DNA of 64,000 nucleotides, from the NCBI RefSeq assembly GCF_009834535.1, contig NC_045701.1:73408001-73472000 (forward strand). Reading direction: 5' to 3'. This DNA comes from Camelus ferus. Taxonomy: Eukaryota. The translations under genes were made by a program, and so were the position numbers. Shown here one piece after another: positions 38,981 through 52,794 of the stretch. The notes beneath the pieces were generated by a model. The model ran no database searches. It saw only the letters and a list, made by a program, of their open reading frames with translations, and was not told the DNA's origin. Position 1 is the stretch's first letter, and every line of letters begins with the position of its first letter.

Positions 38981-39618
38981 TAACTTCTCCCCTAAACTGC
39001 TGCCATCTTCTGTAACCCTTAACCCTGGGAAAAATCAACCTCCCATAGGCTGACTGCCATATATTTGATAGTTAAGGCAAATGCATATTTTTCTAATCAC
39101 ATTCTTTCAGTATCCTATCAGAATAAATTCTAGAATTTGGAGCTTCTGTCCACCAGCTACACATTAATCTCTTATGAATTGTCATTTGGGGTTATAAAAG
39201 TTATTGAGGTTATAAAAATTGTCATTTGGGGTTCATAAAAGGGGAACTGGGTCATAACATTACCACCACTAGCATTTTCTGAATTGATGATGTGAATGAC
39301 ATTGTTTTAGACGATCATTATATATCTGTGTCATGTATATTATCAGATACATTCTTGTCAATAGTCCGCACTTATTTGCATAAAAGTCTCCACAAAGCTA
39401 AAGCAGGATTGAGAGTTATATTAACTGTAATTATTGAAGGGAATACCAAACAAAAATAAAAGTTATATTGTATGAAATATAACTTTTATAAGTTATTTTA
39501 CAAGCTATATTATATGGAATCACAGAAGTACAAGTTTCATTATTATGAGTATTAATTTTCATAAACCAAATAGATTTATGCCAGGAATTTTAGTATCTTT
39601 ATATGTTTTTTCTGTTTT

Positions 39619-39642
39619 GTGTGTGTGTGTGTGTGTGTGTGT
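39619..39642. repeat. (GT)12 microsatellite
   Basis: Read directly. Confidence 0.95.
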
Positions 39643-40204
39643 GCAGCAGTAAACACTATAAATATTTAAACATTAGAATTTTGGGCCTTAACTGAATGAA
39701 GCTTTAAATCTTTTTTTTTTTTAATTATGCTGAATCTTCTTGAGAAATAAACAGACTTCATGTTTTCTTAAAATTTTCTGTGAGTTGTTTTGATAGAATT
39801 AAATGAACATCAAAATAATATAGACTCAGATAACTGGCACATGACTTATCAGCTTATTTCTCAGAACCTTGTCACTTGTACCTTTCTTACTTCATGTGTG
39901 TGCTGTAAGTAGACGTGCGTAATTCTGTGTTGCCATAGAGAAACAGTCTGAACTTTCATTGCCTAAAGGAATCCAGTATGCGTGTGCTGTGTGGTCTTCG
40001 ATAACTACTCTATAAATTTAGCTCTGTTTTAACCATGCTCTAACAACTTGTCATCAGTAAAATTAAGTATAAAGTTACCCCCACGAATAACCAGCGTCTC
40101 CCTCAGATTTTCTATTAATTCAACTAGCTTCCCATGTTCTTATTTCTTCTAGATACTGGACTTACTTTTCAATCTATAAAGCTAGTATCGAGTAGCTTTA
40201 TATA

Positions 40205-40580
40205 TTCATTTATTTAACAAATGTTTTTTCATAGGCACTGATCAAGGCATTGAAGATGCAGCTGTGAACAAGACAGATAAGTTCTTGTTTCTAGGCAGAT
40301 TAGTTTGCATTCTAGCTGAAACAATAAAAAAGTTAAAGTCACTCAGTAAGGTAGTTTAACATAGTGATGAATGTTGTGAGAAAAAGAAATCAGAGCAATG
40401 CGGTAGTGACATGGAGTAGGCATACTGTTTTATATTGGCTACTTAGGGAGGACTCTCTAGTTGAACTTAGACCCAGGTAAGAAGCAATCAGGCATGAGAA
40501 TATTTATCCCAAGGTTACTCAGAGTCAAGGGCACACACAGTAAGGCATGAACGAGTTTGCTACATTTGAAGACCAGATCA
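40205..40580 (-). mobile_element. L2 LINE 3' fragment
   Basis: ATTCATTTATTTAACAAATG...AGGCACTG...GCAGCTGTGAACAAGACAGA. Confidence 0.8.
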
Positions 40581-40879
40581 GCCAGAGAAGTTTCGAGAGT
40601 GGATATTTGCAAGCAAAGATTTAGAGTGATGATAGTTCTGTAAATGTCGACATAGCTTTAGGAGAGAAGTGAATTTAGCTTAAGGTAAGTAAAGTGTTCT
40701 GTGCCAGTAGTATGTCCCTGAGGGATTGTTTGTGATTTTAGAGCTGGATAAATGGTGAATCAGATCAACAGGCATGCAGTTAACTTTATCATATGGTTTA
40801 TTTTATTACATCTCTAATCTGTGTTTATATAATGTGCCTTTATAACTTACTGGTTATATAGAGTGGCCACCTGTCCATT

Positions 40880-40985
40880 ACTTCATCCATTCAACAACAA
40901 TTTATCAATGTCCTACTACATGGCAAATAGTCTTTGGTTCAGGGTATGCAAAGGTGAGTGAGTAAGACCCTGCAGTTATGAAAAC
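40880..40985 (-). mobile_element. L2 LINE 3' fragment
   Basis: TTCATCCATTCAACAACAATTTATCAATGTCCTACTA. Confidence 0.7.
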
Positions 40986-41694
40986 ATATGCAAAAATAGG
41001 ATTCTGAGGATATTTATTGGTAAATACATTTTCTTAATTTTAAAATGTGAAAAATAGTAAAAGGAACTTCTGAAGAGAGTGGAATTGATCTGTGAAGGTG
41101 ATCACAGCTGATGTATAGAAGGTTAAAAAATACTTTTGTGGTCTATTTATAAAACTGGATTAAGGCTTTCTATGATCTCTGTTATGATGGAGGAGTTTAT
41201 AAATTTAAATTAATGAATATCACTGTTAATGCATCTCTTTGGATAATAATGCACTTGTGATTTGCATACAGGGCCCCAGACCTGAGCTAAACTACTGCTC
41301 ATGATGCAAGATAATGAAGCCCTTTACTTGGCTCTCTAGCTCTGTTAAAAGCCTGGGCATCCCCATGGGTCTCCAAGTCAGGCAGGATGACAGTGTCCTT
41401 CAGTCTGACAAGGAAATTAGTGGATTTCCTGAATTTATATGAACTAATCCTGGTTTAAAATAGGTTATGTACTTATTATCCCCCCCCCCCAAAGTTCCGA
41501 AAAGCTAGCAAAGTCTGGATTAGTCTGAGATTCTGAGGTTAGAAGCCTATGCTTAAAATGTTATCTGCGGAGCCCTCAAGGAGCTAGCCAAGGTTCTGAA
41601 AGGATACTGGAGAGTCAGTATGCCTAGTCTCTCTGTGCCTGATCTGTTCTTTCCGGCCTTTGCCTACCCATTCTACCTTAGGTCTAGCAAGCCT

Positions 41695-41830
41695 TAGCCA
41701 TATGATCTTAGATAAACATTCAGCTTATGAATCTTTTTTCACCTGTAAACTGAACATGGTAAAACATCCTCACACTGAGGATGCTTAAAGTTTAGCACAA
41801 AAACTGACATCTAGTAAGCATTCAATAAAG
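41695..41830 (+). mobile_element. MIR SINE fragment
   Basis: TTTTCACCTGTAAACTG...TAGTAAGCATTCAATAAA. Confidence 0.6.
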
Positions 41831-41845
41831 CATTCAAAAAAAATT

Positions 41846-41868
41846 ATCATCATCATCATCATCATCAT
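41846..41868. repeat. (ATC)7 microsatellite
   Basis: Read directly. Confidence 0.95.
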
Positions 41869-42669
41869 AGATCATTAATGTACCCTTTCTGTGCTTTACC
41901 TGACCTTAAACATATGGAAGGTTAAAATTATTCTGTTCCCTGTGAGAATTTGACATTTGTGCAAGTAAGTTGGTAGCAGTATTACACATGCACATGACAC
42001 CCATTTAATGTCTCAGCTTGAAATATTGTGAGCTGTGAGGAAAGACAGGGAAGGTAGTGGTTACCCATTCATGAGCAACAGTTATTAACTCACAATCAAC
42101 CAGTTGATTACAATTGATCTGTTGCCCATGCTGACAGCGTGACATTTAGAATATATTCCATTACCATTTCTCTTAATATGGTGGTTAAAATTCAGTAGGC
42201 AGATAATGTAATATTGACATAATGAGTAAAATAATGATTGACTGTGAAAGTAAGTAGGTTCAATGTGTTTGAAAGTCACAGAACTTTGAAAAGTACAAGA
42301 GGTAAAGAATACTGATGAATAAAATGTGACAACTTGACGCTGGCTATGCATATGGAAATGAACCAAGGAATCTGTTAAACGAGTCACTCATAAAGAGTGT
42401 AAATGTATCTTTAAAAAGTACCTTTTAAGTTTAAGTATCTATCAAAGCTTCTATTGGGAAGAAAACTAGATATATACTTTATGACTTACTCAAGATTAAT
42501 GTCTTTCCTAACATCATCTCTAGTAAAATGGTTCTAATTTAAAATGTATTACAGTGGATACTTCTGAAATAAGGTTCTTTTGGAATTAAACAAAATGGAC
42601 TACATTTTTTCAGGGACTGCTGTAGATATCACTTTATAACAAGATAGTTAAGACAGTCAATATGCTGAG

Positions 42670-43930
42670 GTTTTGTTTTATGGGCAAGACTAACATTTAT
42701 TCAATCAATGAGAGATATCAATTATAACAGCATGACTCAGACCATGGGTAAACTTCAGAGCCCCTAGATTAGAACATTCATGTTATATTATCAGATACGT
42801 TGCAGTTGTTGCTTCCATAACAGCCCTTGCTCTTTAATGCAGTGTCAGAATTGAGGGAGAGAAAAAGTCAAATGGCAACTAATTTATCACCAGATTTATA
42901 GCCAAATAACCAAACGATTGAAACTAATCAGGTCTGTTTTCCAAAATGAATAATGACATTCAGGACCTCTGGTTATACAGATGTTTAGATTGTGGATGTC
43001 CTAAGAATTCCACGGTCTGTGCTGGCTTTAAAGAGATCCAATTGTTCTTGTGCCCTGGGTAGCATAGCACCAAGAAGAAGGTGTTCTGGGGAAAGAAAAG
43101 GAAAAAAAAAAATCATTTTTCATCATCACACTGAAAAAGTCATTGCACTGAAAAAGTGCCAACAAACCCTAAATAATTTTGTGTTGATTGTACTAAATTA
43201 GAATAGTGATAGCTATAATCATTTGATCCCTGAGGCATTAATGAAAATTCAGCATTATTTTGTGTAGAATATGTATCATTACCGTTGAGCTTGGGAATGA
43301 TTATTAGTAAGTCTGATTAAATCTGGAAGCAGTGACACAGGCTATCTTTAACCAACTAATAACAGGGCCATATTGTAATTTTATGATGAATGAACACAAT
43401 TTAGCATTTTTAGCACTTGGTGGGGAAAATAAGAAATCTGCATTCATTTTCTTGATTAGACTGCAAAGTAGTACAGAGAAGTTCGTAAGGAACACTACGT
43501 AATGAAATAGTATTCCTGCTGATTGATTAACCTATCCTAGCTTCCAAACCCCACAGAATTGGTTATTGTTATATGATCAAAGATACTATTAAGCAACATT
43601 CTAGAGATCATGAATTCTTAGATGCAGGGGTACAAAAAGATAAAAACACTATCAATTTGCATGTATGTATTCCCCTTATCTTTTCAAGTGCTTTCGCATG
43701 AATTTTATGGTTTAATAGCCTAGTAACTGTTGGAGTGAGTTAGACTTTTTACCGCTTGCTTTGTGAGTAAGAAAAGCACAATCCAGTTCAGGTACTTCCT
43801 AAACTCCCATAGACTGTCAGAAAAAGCCAGCATGGGAACCCCAGTGTCTGGGATCCATGTTAATACATTTTTTGACCTCTGTGGAAAATTAATTTTATGG
43901 TAATTACAGATTATTGGCTATCATTATTTT
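42670..43930. promoter_or_regulatory. Candidate developmental enhancer (HOX/CDX and PBX motif cluster)
   Basis: TTTTATGG at 42676, 43703, 43893; TTTTATGA near 43380; GATTTATAG at 42893; TGATTGAT at 43520; no repeat recognised in the block. Confidence 0.35.
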
Positions 43931-44789
43931 GAATTCTCTCCTTTAAAAGAGATGTCTATTCTGTATGCATAGATCATATTAGAGATTCTTACTGATCAAA
44001 TGGGTCGCAGTCCGGGGTTTTAATTTTTAGTGCTAGGCAAAACTGTTTCCAAAATTCCCTGGCAATTTAGGACAAGTTCTGATTTCCAAATAGCGTCTGA
44101 TGCTCAGTAGTAGCTTGGTAAATATTAATCCCTTTTCTTATTTCCATCCCTATATTGTGACCTTCTGCACTCTAAAGAAGGAACTCTTCAGTCTTAGGTG
44201 ACCTAAAAACAATGTTGATGGCCTGTGTAATCTTATCTTTAAAACTCTGTTCACAGGTGATTGTCGTCATTAATTTTTTATTCTTTTTTATTGGATAAAG
44301 CCAAACCTTGTTTTAAAATGCATGGCTAGAGGGAGTTAGTATTTAGTCTCCCTCAAAGCCCCAGTATTTCTACTTGAAACACAGCTTTGTAAATGAATGG
44401 CAATCCCTTTCTCCAAACATTAGCATCATAATGGAATTCTGTTGAATAGCCTGAATTTAGGGCAATTGGAGCCCCAAATTTAAAGTTATTGAAATCCTAT
44501 GGGTCCTGCTTGGCATGTAACAGATCAGGTTCTTTGGAGAAGATAAATGGAGAAATGAATCATTGTAATACAGTGAAATACATGGTAAGAAAAAAAGGGG
44601 GGGTATGGATAAGGGGCAATGGTAATGCTTAGGAGAGAGAGAAAAAAAAATTCCTGGCGGTGGGTAAGAGGGAGGGAAAACTCTCTCTGGAAGGGACATT
44701 TGAACACCAGACTAAACAAAGCTGGAAACCTTGGAATTATCCCTGGCACTTTTTCTCCCTTACCCTGCAAATATTCTGTCAGTTACCAA

Positions 44790-45410
44790 ATGAGTGTCCA
44801 TTTTACCTCTGATCATTTCCCTGCTCCATTGTTGTTTCTTCACCCATCACTGACCTACATGGAGTTGTCTTCGTCTCTATTTAAAATGGGCTGGCTTATT
44901 TGGTATTCCCCTTTCTAGGCATATCACCCCCAAAATCATCATCTAGACTATTTAAAATCTTAAAGCTTTGCATACCTCCCCCTTGCTTGAAAGCCTGCAA
45001 GGGCTTCTTACTGCCAATAGAATAAGGTCTGAGAGGATGACTCTGTATGGTCTAGCCTCTCCCTGTCTCTCATGATGTTTTTATGCTGCAGACTTGTCCT
45101 TTCAAGAACATTACACTCTGTTTTATGCCTCCATGCCTTTTCCTCTTTTTGTAATGCCTTTTCATATCCTTCCCTGACTGGGTGAGTTCTATATATCCTT
45201 TGTTCGTTCAGTGTCCTTCATCTAGTATGATGTTGTAATTCTCCCATTTTAAATCTCCACTGGATCAGGTGCAATTCTCTATTTTAGAGCACCTGTGCAT
45301 ACCATATCCCATTCATCTTTGTATTTCCTGTTAAGCACAATGCTTGGCACATAATACTTGCTTGACAAATGTTGGTTGGTCTGATCATAAGAATGACATG
45401 GATGGATAAA
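44790..45410 (+). mobile_element. L2 LINE fragment(s)
   Basis: CCCCCTTGCTTGAAAGCCTGCAAGGGCTTCTTACTGCC...AGAATAA, and terminal AGCACAATGCTTGGCACATAATACTTGCTTGACAAATGTTGGTTG. Confidence 0.75.
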
Positions 45411-45467
45411 TAGGTAGTTGCTAGGACAACAAGTGTAGAAATGAGAGGGAGGTAGAAAATCAAATGG

Positions 45468-46090
45468 CATAGCTTAATAATTTTCTGTTGCTGAGCAACA
45501 AGTTACTACAAATTTAGTGACTTAAAACAGTGTCCATTTATTATCTCACAGTTTCTATAGATCACAAGTCTGGGTAGGTTGGCTGGATTTTCTGCTCATG
45601 GTCTCACCTTGATCATAAGGCTGAAATCAAAGTGCTCATTGGATTGAATTTTCATCTGGAGATTGATGAGGTAATATCTGCTTCAAAGCTTCCTTGTGTT
45701 GTTGGCAGAATTTATTCCTTGTGGCTGTAGAAATCATGGCAGCTTCTTCTTCAAGGCCAGTGGTGGAGAGAGAGTGTCGCTATTGCTTCAAGTTTCTGCC
45801 TTCCAGGAAGGCTTAGACCCTCTTCAGAGGGTTAGCCTAATTAGGTCAGGTTCATCCAGGGTAGTCTTCCTTTTCATTAACTCAAAGTCTTTAATTATAT
45901 CTGCAAAATCCTTCTGTCTTTGCCATATAGTGTAATATAATCATGGGAATGATATCCTATCACCTTTGCCATATTCTGTTGTCTGGAAGCAAGTCAAGGT
46001 TCTGTCTGCACTCAAGGGAAGCTGATTATTCAAGGACATATGTACCAGGGGGCAAGATCTTAGGGCCCATCTCAAAATTCTATCCACCAT
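45468..46090 (-). mobile_element. MaLR solo LTR, MLT1E/F-like
   Basis: ACAAGTTACTACAAATTTAGTGACTTAAAACA...TTTATTATCTCACAGTTTCT...TTGTTGGCAGAATTTATTCCTTGTGGCTGTAG...AATCATGGGAATGATATCC. Confidence 0.85.
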
Positions 46091-47268
46091 ACACATATTT
46101 TAGGATATCTTGAAAAATGAATGTATGTGGGAAAGTGGAGGAACATGAGCTAGAAGGAAAAGTAAAGACTATGTCAAGAAGTGATTTAGGTGGCCCTTCT
46201 AAGAAATGTATACATTACCACGTGGAGCGTCATAGGGGGTTAAGAAAGGTTATTACTTGGAGCATGACTCTTCCAGTACTAGAAATAAGAACAACTTGGA
46301 AAATCTGGTTCTTGCTTTTGTTCTCATCCTTGCTTTCTCTTTCACTTGCCTTGTCTTGTTCCAGAAAGGGTCTAAAATGGCTCACCAGTAGACTTCTGCT
46401 GTATACCAATTTGCAGTGACTTGGTATAATGCCTTAGGGAGGAATGTTTTATTTTTAAATCACTGGTGACCTAGACAGAATTATATTTTCTAAAGTTATC
46501 TGAATCCATGAGGTTGGCAGCAGTTTAAAAGGACAGTGACCCAACTTTCAGTTCTGAATTCTAATTTGGATCTGTTATCTGACAACTCAGGCTGTTCTAA
46601 ATCTAGTCCATCTGTGTGTATAATACAATTAAATAAGGAAATGAATGCACAATGTTAGAATGCACACAGGCAAAAGTATCTTTTGTTTTTCTCTCTCCAT
46701 CCTCTAAATGAACTTTGGACATCCTCTGTAATCTATAAATTAATGTTTCTGAAAGTATCCCATTTATCTTATGTCAACCTTTGGATGGGAAGAATTAATA
46801 TAGCATGCCATATGTCATCTTTTCTTTTCTTAAATAATCACATGATGTGAAATTCACAGCCTTCCTTTTCATGCGTGTTTTGTCTCCAAAATATCTGTCT
46901 GTCTTATCTCCAACAAAAATCTCCTTTGGTTACTATAAGCCTTTGGTTTAGAGATTTGAATTTTTTGCCTGAGGTGCTACTTTGTTGGTTTTAAAATTTT
47001 TATCATTGAATTCAGTAAAATAGTATAATTTGTGTGGATTGATTTATGCCCTTTGAATATTATTGAAGTATTTTAGTCTATAAGATTTACCCAAATAGAA
47101 TTGAGGAATTTGGGGACTAGGAAGTCCAGTCTTCCTCTGTTAGGAATCTTGGCTTGGATTTGTGGACACCCGGTTTCTGTTTAATCCAATGATATGCTCC
47201 CCTACTTATCTTGTCAGACGTTTTCATTGTTAGTTAGGTCTTAAAGAGAAAAATTATTCCTGCTGCTC

Positions 47269-47303
47269 TGTGGTACTTCTGACACCAGAGGTGTGTATGT
47301 GTG

Positions 47304-47336
<33 letters not shown>

Positions 47337-48107
47337 ACACCAAGCAATTCTCCACATCTTGTTGGACCTCATCTGGGTGTCCTGCAGTTTAACTCAATTC
47401 TGACACTAATTGCCTGCAGTTAATGCAGACCCAACAGTTTAAGGGCTCAATCTCACAAGACTGCCTCCCACTTCAGATGCTAGTTACAAGTCCCAAGTTG
47501 TTATCTGCACTTCTGGCTTGGCTGTAAGTCAGGAGTTCCCACAACCCTCGCTTCAGGTTTAATACTTTGCTCGAATGTCTTACATAACTCGGGAAAGCAC
47601 TTACATTTACTAGGTTATTATAAAGACTGTAACAAAGGATACAAAGGAACAGCGAGAGAAGAGGTACCTGGGGCAGGATGTACGGAAGGGGTATGCTCCA
47701 GGTCTGCCGCTCTGCCAGCACCTTGGGGTGTTCACCACCTGGCAGCTCTCTAAACCCTGTTGTTTAGGGGTTTTATGGAGGTTCTATTACTTAGACATGA
47801 TTGATTAATTCATTGGCCATCAGTTATTAATTAAATACCCACCCTGCTCCTCAGAGGACTGGGGCTGAGGCTGAAAGTTCCAGCCTTCTAATCATACTGG
47901 GTTGGCTCCCCTGGCAACCAGCCTCCATCCTTCAAGAGATACCTCATTAGCATAAACTCAGGTATGGTTCAAAACACTTTGTTATAAATGATTAAAGATG
48001 CTCCTCTCACCCCATCACTCAAGAAAGTATAAGAGTTTTAGAAGCTCTGGACCAGGAACTTGGCACAAAGATCAAATATACATTTCTTATTATAACACAA
48101 TGTCACA
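47269..48107 (-). mobile_element. MER21-family ERVL solo LTR
   Basis: Right end reverse-complements to TGTGACATTGTGTTATAATAAGAAATGTATATTTG (MER21 5' end); left end ACTTCTGACACC; internal T31 run at 47305-47335. Confidence 0.85.
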
Positions 48108-48229
48108 GATCTGTTCTCTATGTTAAACTGAAATCTGCCTCTACAAAAACTACTTCCATTTGCTTGCAATCTGTTGACTGTCTCACCCAAGTTACATATT
48201 ACTGGGTTCCATTAAATTTCTACTGTCTT

Positions 48230-48830
48230 TTTTAAGTTAAATTTTCATGTTTCTTTTAATCAGATTGTCACACATAAAAATATTCCTGTAAAGATTATAA
48301 TGAAAATAATAAGACAGAAAAATGTTGACCTAATTCCACCCCACCTCAATCAAGAGATATCACTTCAGCTTTTTTAGTTGTTTCTTCTGATTTTACATTC
48401 ATGTTTCTAAATTACATGCATTTGTTTTGCTTTGCTTTATTTACATTTTATACATGAATGCTCATTTTATACATTAAAAAATTTTTAAATACTCTCAATT
48501 TTATCTCCCAATCCTTCTGTTGAATAAATCTCTGCTAATAAATATACATATATATATAATTATTTTTATTTTCTAAGAGCTTTATGCTTCATTGTTTTTC
48601 CTTTTAATAAGCATTCAGTTTTTGCTTTTTAATAGATGCAAGTTATCTCTGCTAATATTATTAAAAATAAGGCTTTTAAAGTTATTTTTCTGTTCCCTGT
48701 ACTGTCTTTTTAAAATTCTTTTTTCTTTTCTTTTTCTCTTTATCTTAGTCTCTGGCTTTCATGTTTCTGTTAGAGGCTATCTCACAATATCTGCTGAATT
48801 GTGGCTGTTTATTTTCACCTAATGGTAAAA
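48230..48830 (-). mobile_element. Probable old L1 (L1M/L1ME) remnant
   Basis: Very AT- and T-rich degenerate segment resembling antisense old L1 3' sequence; family not resolvable. Confidence 0.35.
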
Positions 48831-50939
48831 CTCTAACAAGCCAATTAGAAGCTATATAATTATGGGCAGTTTGTTTTTTTAATCAGTTGGTAAAGTTCGC
48901 TAGAACATAAATTGGTGGGGACCTAGCCACTTTATTGAAGAAGGGCTACCCCTTAAAAATACGTCTTATCTTCAGATCTTTTCTCTCAAGTCATTTAGTT
49001 TCTCCAATAATTCAGTGTCTCAAGTCTAAGTTAGTTTCTCTTTTTTTTTTGGTGCATGTGGGTGGTTGGGTAGTGTCTTGAGAACTGAGGAGAGAAAAGT
49101 TAGGTGGATTGTTCTCAGGGGTCAATGTGTAAATTTACATGTAACATTCCTATTGTCATTATGACTTAATACACCTGGCAGGGCCTGAGCCTGAGTCCTC
49201 AGATCCAAAGCTCTCCTCAGTCAGATTTTCTGAATCTATGTATTTCCTTGCCACAGCGAAGAGGGTACCTGTTGGTCCATTCGATCCTTGTACAACTTCA
49301 ACCAGTTCTCCTGTTTTCAGCCCTACCCCTCGCCACTGCTTTCAGAAATGATGCCTCCAATTCTAGTATCTTTCTAGGGTTCTACAGTAAATATAACTTG
49401 GTTTACTATTGGCTGCCTCCTCTGAACCACTTGACTCTTGCCTTTTTACAATATCCTTCTTCATAATGATGTCCCAGAGGGACCTAATGTCTTCTGTTTG
49501 CCACCACTCTCCTCCCATCCACTCTCCACCCCCACCCCCGACCCCCGCCGTCACAGATTACCTCCCACCAACCCTTATTGCAGAGCTGCCATACCTGGCC
49601 CGATTTTCCCCATTGTTACCTTCTCCCCAAATCACATCTACATTAGAGCCTGATTCATTCATTCAAAAGTGAGGACAACGCCCTTATTTTCACTTTTCCC
49701 GTTTACTCCATGGCACTGCTCACATCCACCCCTAAATCTCTAGTTATCCATTTGCTGTCAGTGAGCATGTTCTGACACTGGTTTTGTCCTGGGTCAAGTC
49801 TGGGGTTCTGAACCAAGAGCCTGGCCTTGTTGGAGGAGAAGTGCCAGAAGGCAGTGATGCCTGGTCCAGTGCAAGGGACCAATGAACCAAATGAACCAAG
49901 AGTCACCTTGTGGAGAACCCCCTGTCCCACCTGAATGCCAAGGCCAAGAGTGAGATCCACGAATGATACTGGGATAGACATCAAAGAACGGAGACTTAAA
50001 CAGTGGGGTAGGGAGGCTTGGTCACAGAGGAAGTTCCCAAGCTGGGCGAGCATAGTTGGAGGAGCTGAGGGTAGGGAGTTCCCTGAGCATCTACTGAGAA
50101 CAGGAGGTGGGAGCTGAGACTCCTAACCCAGCTTGGATGACACTGCTTTGCTGAAGAGTTCAAATCAGAAGCCAGTTGAGATACCTGTTAATACTAACAA
50201 ACTTTAAAAGGTTCTAGAACAGGCAAAACAACTAGGCCTGAGCTGAGTTAAAAGACTTAGTTAAGTTAAAAGACGGAGCATGGCCAGCTGGGATAGCAAC
50301 ACAGCAAACTTGCTAATTAGTCTGGAGGAAGCCAATTGCCCGCATTTTTATGGACTGCTAATTGCTAAAGTAGCAGCTTGCTCGGAAGACAAAAATAACA
50401 TCATGATAATTTCTTGAATATAGTATAAAGTGGCCTTTGGGATACAGACTACATCAACTTCAAAAATACCCTGTGGTTCTTAAAGTTTAAGCATATACTG
50501 CTATTAATAAAGATATACTTTGGAAGTCAGTTATTAATTTTTTTCTTAGACTGTAAGATGAGAAATTATAGTATATATAAGACTCTAGTTTGGGCATTTG
50601 TAGTAAGGATTTTATTTTAAAGTTACTGATTCTCCATTTGAATACCGTTTCTCAGCCCATTTAAAAACATTTCCCAGTAAAAGAGCTAAATAATTTAAAA
50701 ATGTATTTTATTCTAAGTACTGTGAGATTTTTTTCCTAAAAATGCTCTCTTTCAACCCAGTTGTATTTGTCAAAAGATAATGTGCTTAAATAATTTACCT
50801 TTACTTTTTGCAACATTGCCGGCATTCAATAAATATTTGTAGAAAGAAGGAAGGAATGAATCAGTGAACAGATGCATAAAGCTTTGTGTGCATTAGAATG
50901 ACAGAATTTCATGTTTTAAAGCATGATAGAGAACAGCCG

Positions 50940-51030
50940 CTTTCCTTCCATTGTTTCACGGATGAGGAAACTGAGGTAGAGAGGTGAAGCAGAGAGACTG
51001 CTCTGGGATTGGCGGCAGTCCAGCACTCTT
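50940..51030 (-). mobile_element. MIR SINE core
   Basis: TTTCACGGATGAGGAAACTGAGGTAGAGAGGTGAAG. Confidence 0.75.
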
Positions 51031-51694
51031 CATTCTAAATTAATTTTCACTTCACTTAAGAGAAGAATGAATTACTTCTGCAGGGCTGATTCTGACCCAA
51101 ATCAGATTAAATCAGCAAAGCTTGGCTTTGTTAAAGGCTCAAATGCCAAGTGACAAAAGTAAAGCATCTTCTAAAATAAAAACAAAGCAAAGTAATTGAT
51201 GTATTTGGTTTTATTAAGGAGTGAAGTTTTCAAAGGCAAAGAGGGGAAAGAAATTGGAAACTCTGTGCCATGGACCTAATTTGAGAGTGTGAATGTCAGA
51301 CTCAATATAAAGGAGAGGTAAGCCAGCCCTGAGGAGCCGTAACTGCATAAAAGGAGAAAGCGGATTTCCTTCTCTAGTGAATCAACAGAAGTTCATGTGT
51401 CTGCAGATTTATTTATCTCTTGCATTGGTAACTGAAATCCTTTAATAAGATTGACAGCAGACTTAGATATTGCATAGTAACTATAGAATTATAGACGGCA
51501 GAACAAATTTGACGAAGATGCAAATAATTAGTAGGTGAACATTTAGACCCAGCAATACCACTAATGGCTTAGATACCCAGGTAACATGTCTTTACTGGTA
51601 GAATTTATTAAGAACTGGATGTGAATTGTTTGTCTTCTTAATTAAAGGTTTCTTTGCAATTCCAAAGGGCTGTTAATACTAATAACAGTGTAGT

Positions 51695-51887
51695 CACTTA
51701 TCAAATGTGTGACTCTGCCTAAGTTATTGATTATCCTGAGCCTAGCGTTTCTCATTTGTACAGATAGATTTATAATGGCCCCTACCACATGGAGTTGTTG
51801 TGAAGAGTGAATGAGAGCGTGTACGTAAGGTTTTGCATAGTGCGATCCACAGAGAAAGCACTCAATAAATATGAGATGTTGTTGTTG
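51695..51887 (+). mobile_element. MIR SINE
   Basis: TGTGTGACTCTGCCTAAGTTA...TTTCTCATTTGTA...GTTGTTGTGAAGAGTGAATGAG...GCACTCAATAAATA. Confidence 0.85.
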
Positions 51888-52364
51888 GCAGCCACTCCAG
51901 GGGAGCTGGGTTGTAAGAAACCATACTTTCATTACTGCTGCGCTGAAACCTCAGTAAATCATTGTTTTCTCACTGGCCTACAGTACAATTTGCGGGTATT
52001 TCTACCTCAAGATCCTCCCCAAGAGGGCAGTGCAATGTAGTTGGAAGATCTTTCACTTGGAATTCAGAACATTTGGTTAAAATCCAAAGTTCACAGGTAC
52101 AATTTATGCTGTCTATTCTAGAACTCCTGCAGAGGTGAGATGCATGTATCCAACAGCTTTCTGGCTGAACAAACTCATATCTCTTAAATTTTCTTCAATC
52201 ATTTAACAGTCTCTAAAATTCAGGTGATCATACTCATCCCATTAAGATGCTATGAGGAGCCGATGAAAGTGTCTAGTGAAAGTGCTCATTTGTAGATTCC
52301 CTGGTGTTGAATGAGGATTGGTGATTGATAGTCTCTGAAGGTCCACATTCAATTACTCCTTCAA

Positions 52365-52650
52365 AGCCCAGTATGAAAGCCACCTCTCCTCTGAAGCTGT
52401 TCCTGAGCTCCTCAACCTCCAGACAGATGCCAGCTCCCCTTCCTCTGCACTCCCACTCCATGTCAGCTGATCACCCTTGGTACTCAAAGAATGGACTGTG
52501 TTGCAGAGCAGTAATTTATATTATTTCATTCCTGCCACTACACCTTCAGAAGAAAGCGCCCATATCTTATGGGTCCCATTGTCTCCCACAGTGCCTGACC
52601 CAGTATCTTGCTTATGTTGAGTGCTCAGCAAATATTTGATTAATGAGTAA
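52365..52650 (+). mobile_element. L2 LINE 3' fragment
   Basis: CCACCTCTCCTCTGAAGCTGTTCCTG...CACAGTGCCTGACCCAG...GTGCTCAGCAAATATTTG. Confidence 0.7.
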
Positions 52651-52794
52651 ACAAGCTTTTATGAACCCATATGTAATACTAAGTTCTGCGAGTTTTGTAG
52701 AAATAGTAAAAGCAAATACTTAATTACAATTTTATCTCTTGCACAAGATGATCAAATCCTGTAGGATTTGAAATTAATTAGAAATTAACTCACC

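Noticed and set aside
47281-47341. T31 run flanked by GACACC on both sides, resembling a retrotransposed poly(A) insertion with TSD
   Set aside because: Lies inside the MER21 LTR, whose 3' end as I recall natively has two GGTGTC motifs around an A-rich stretch, so expansion is the simpler explanation
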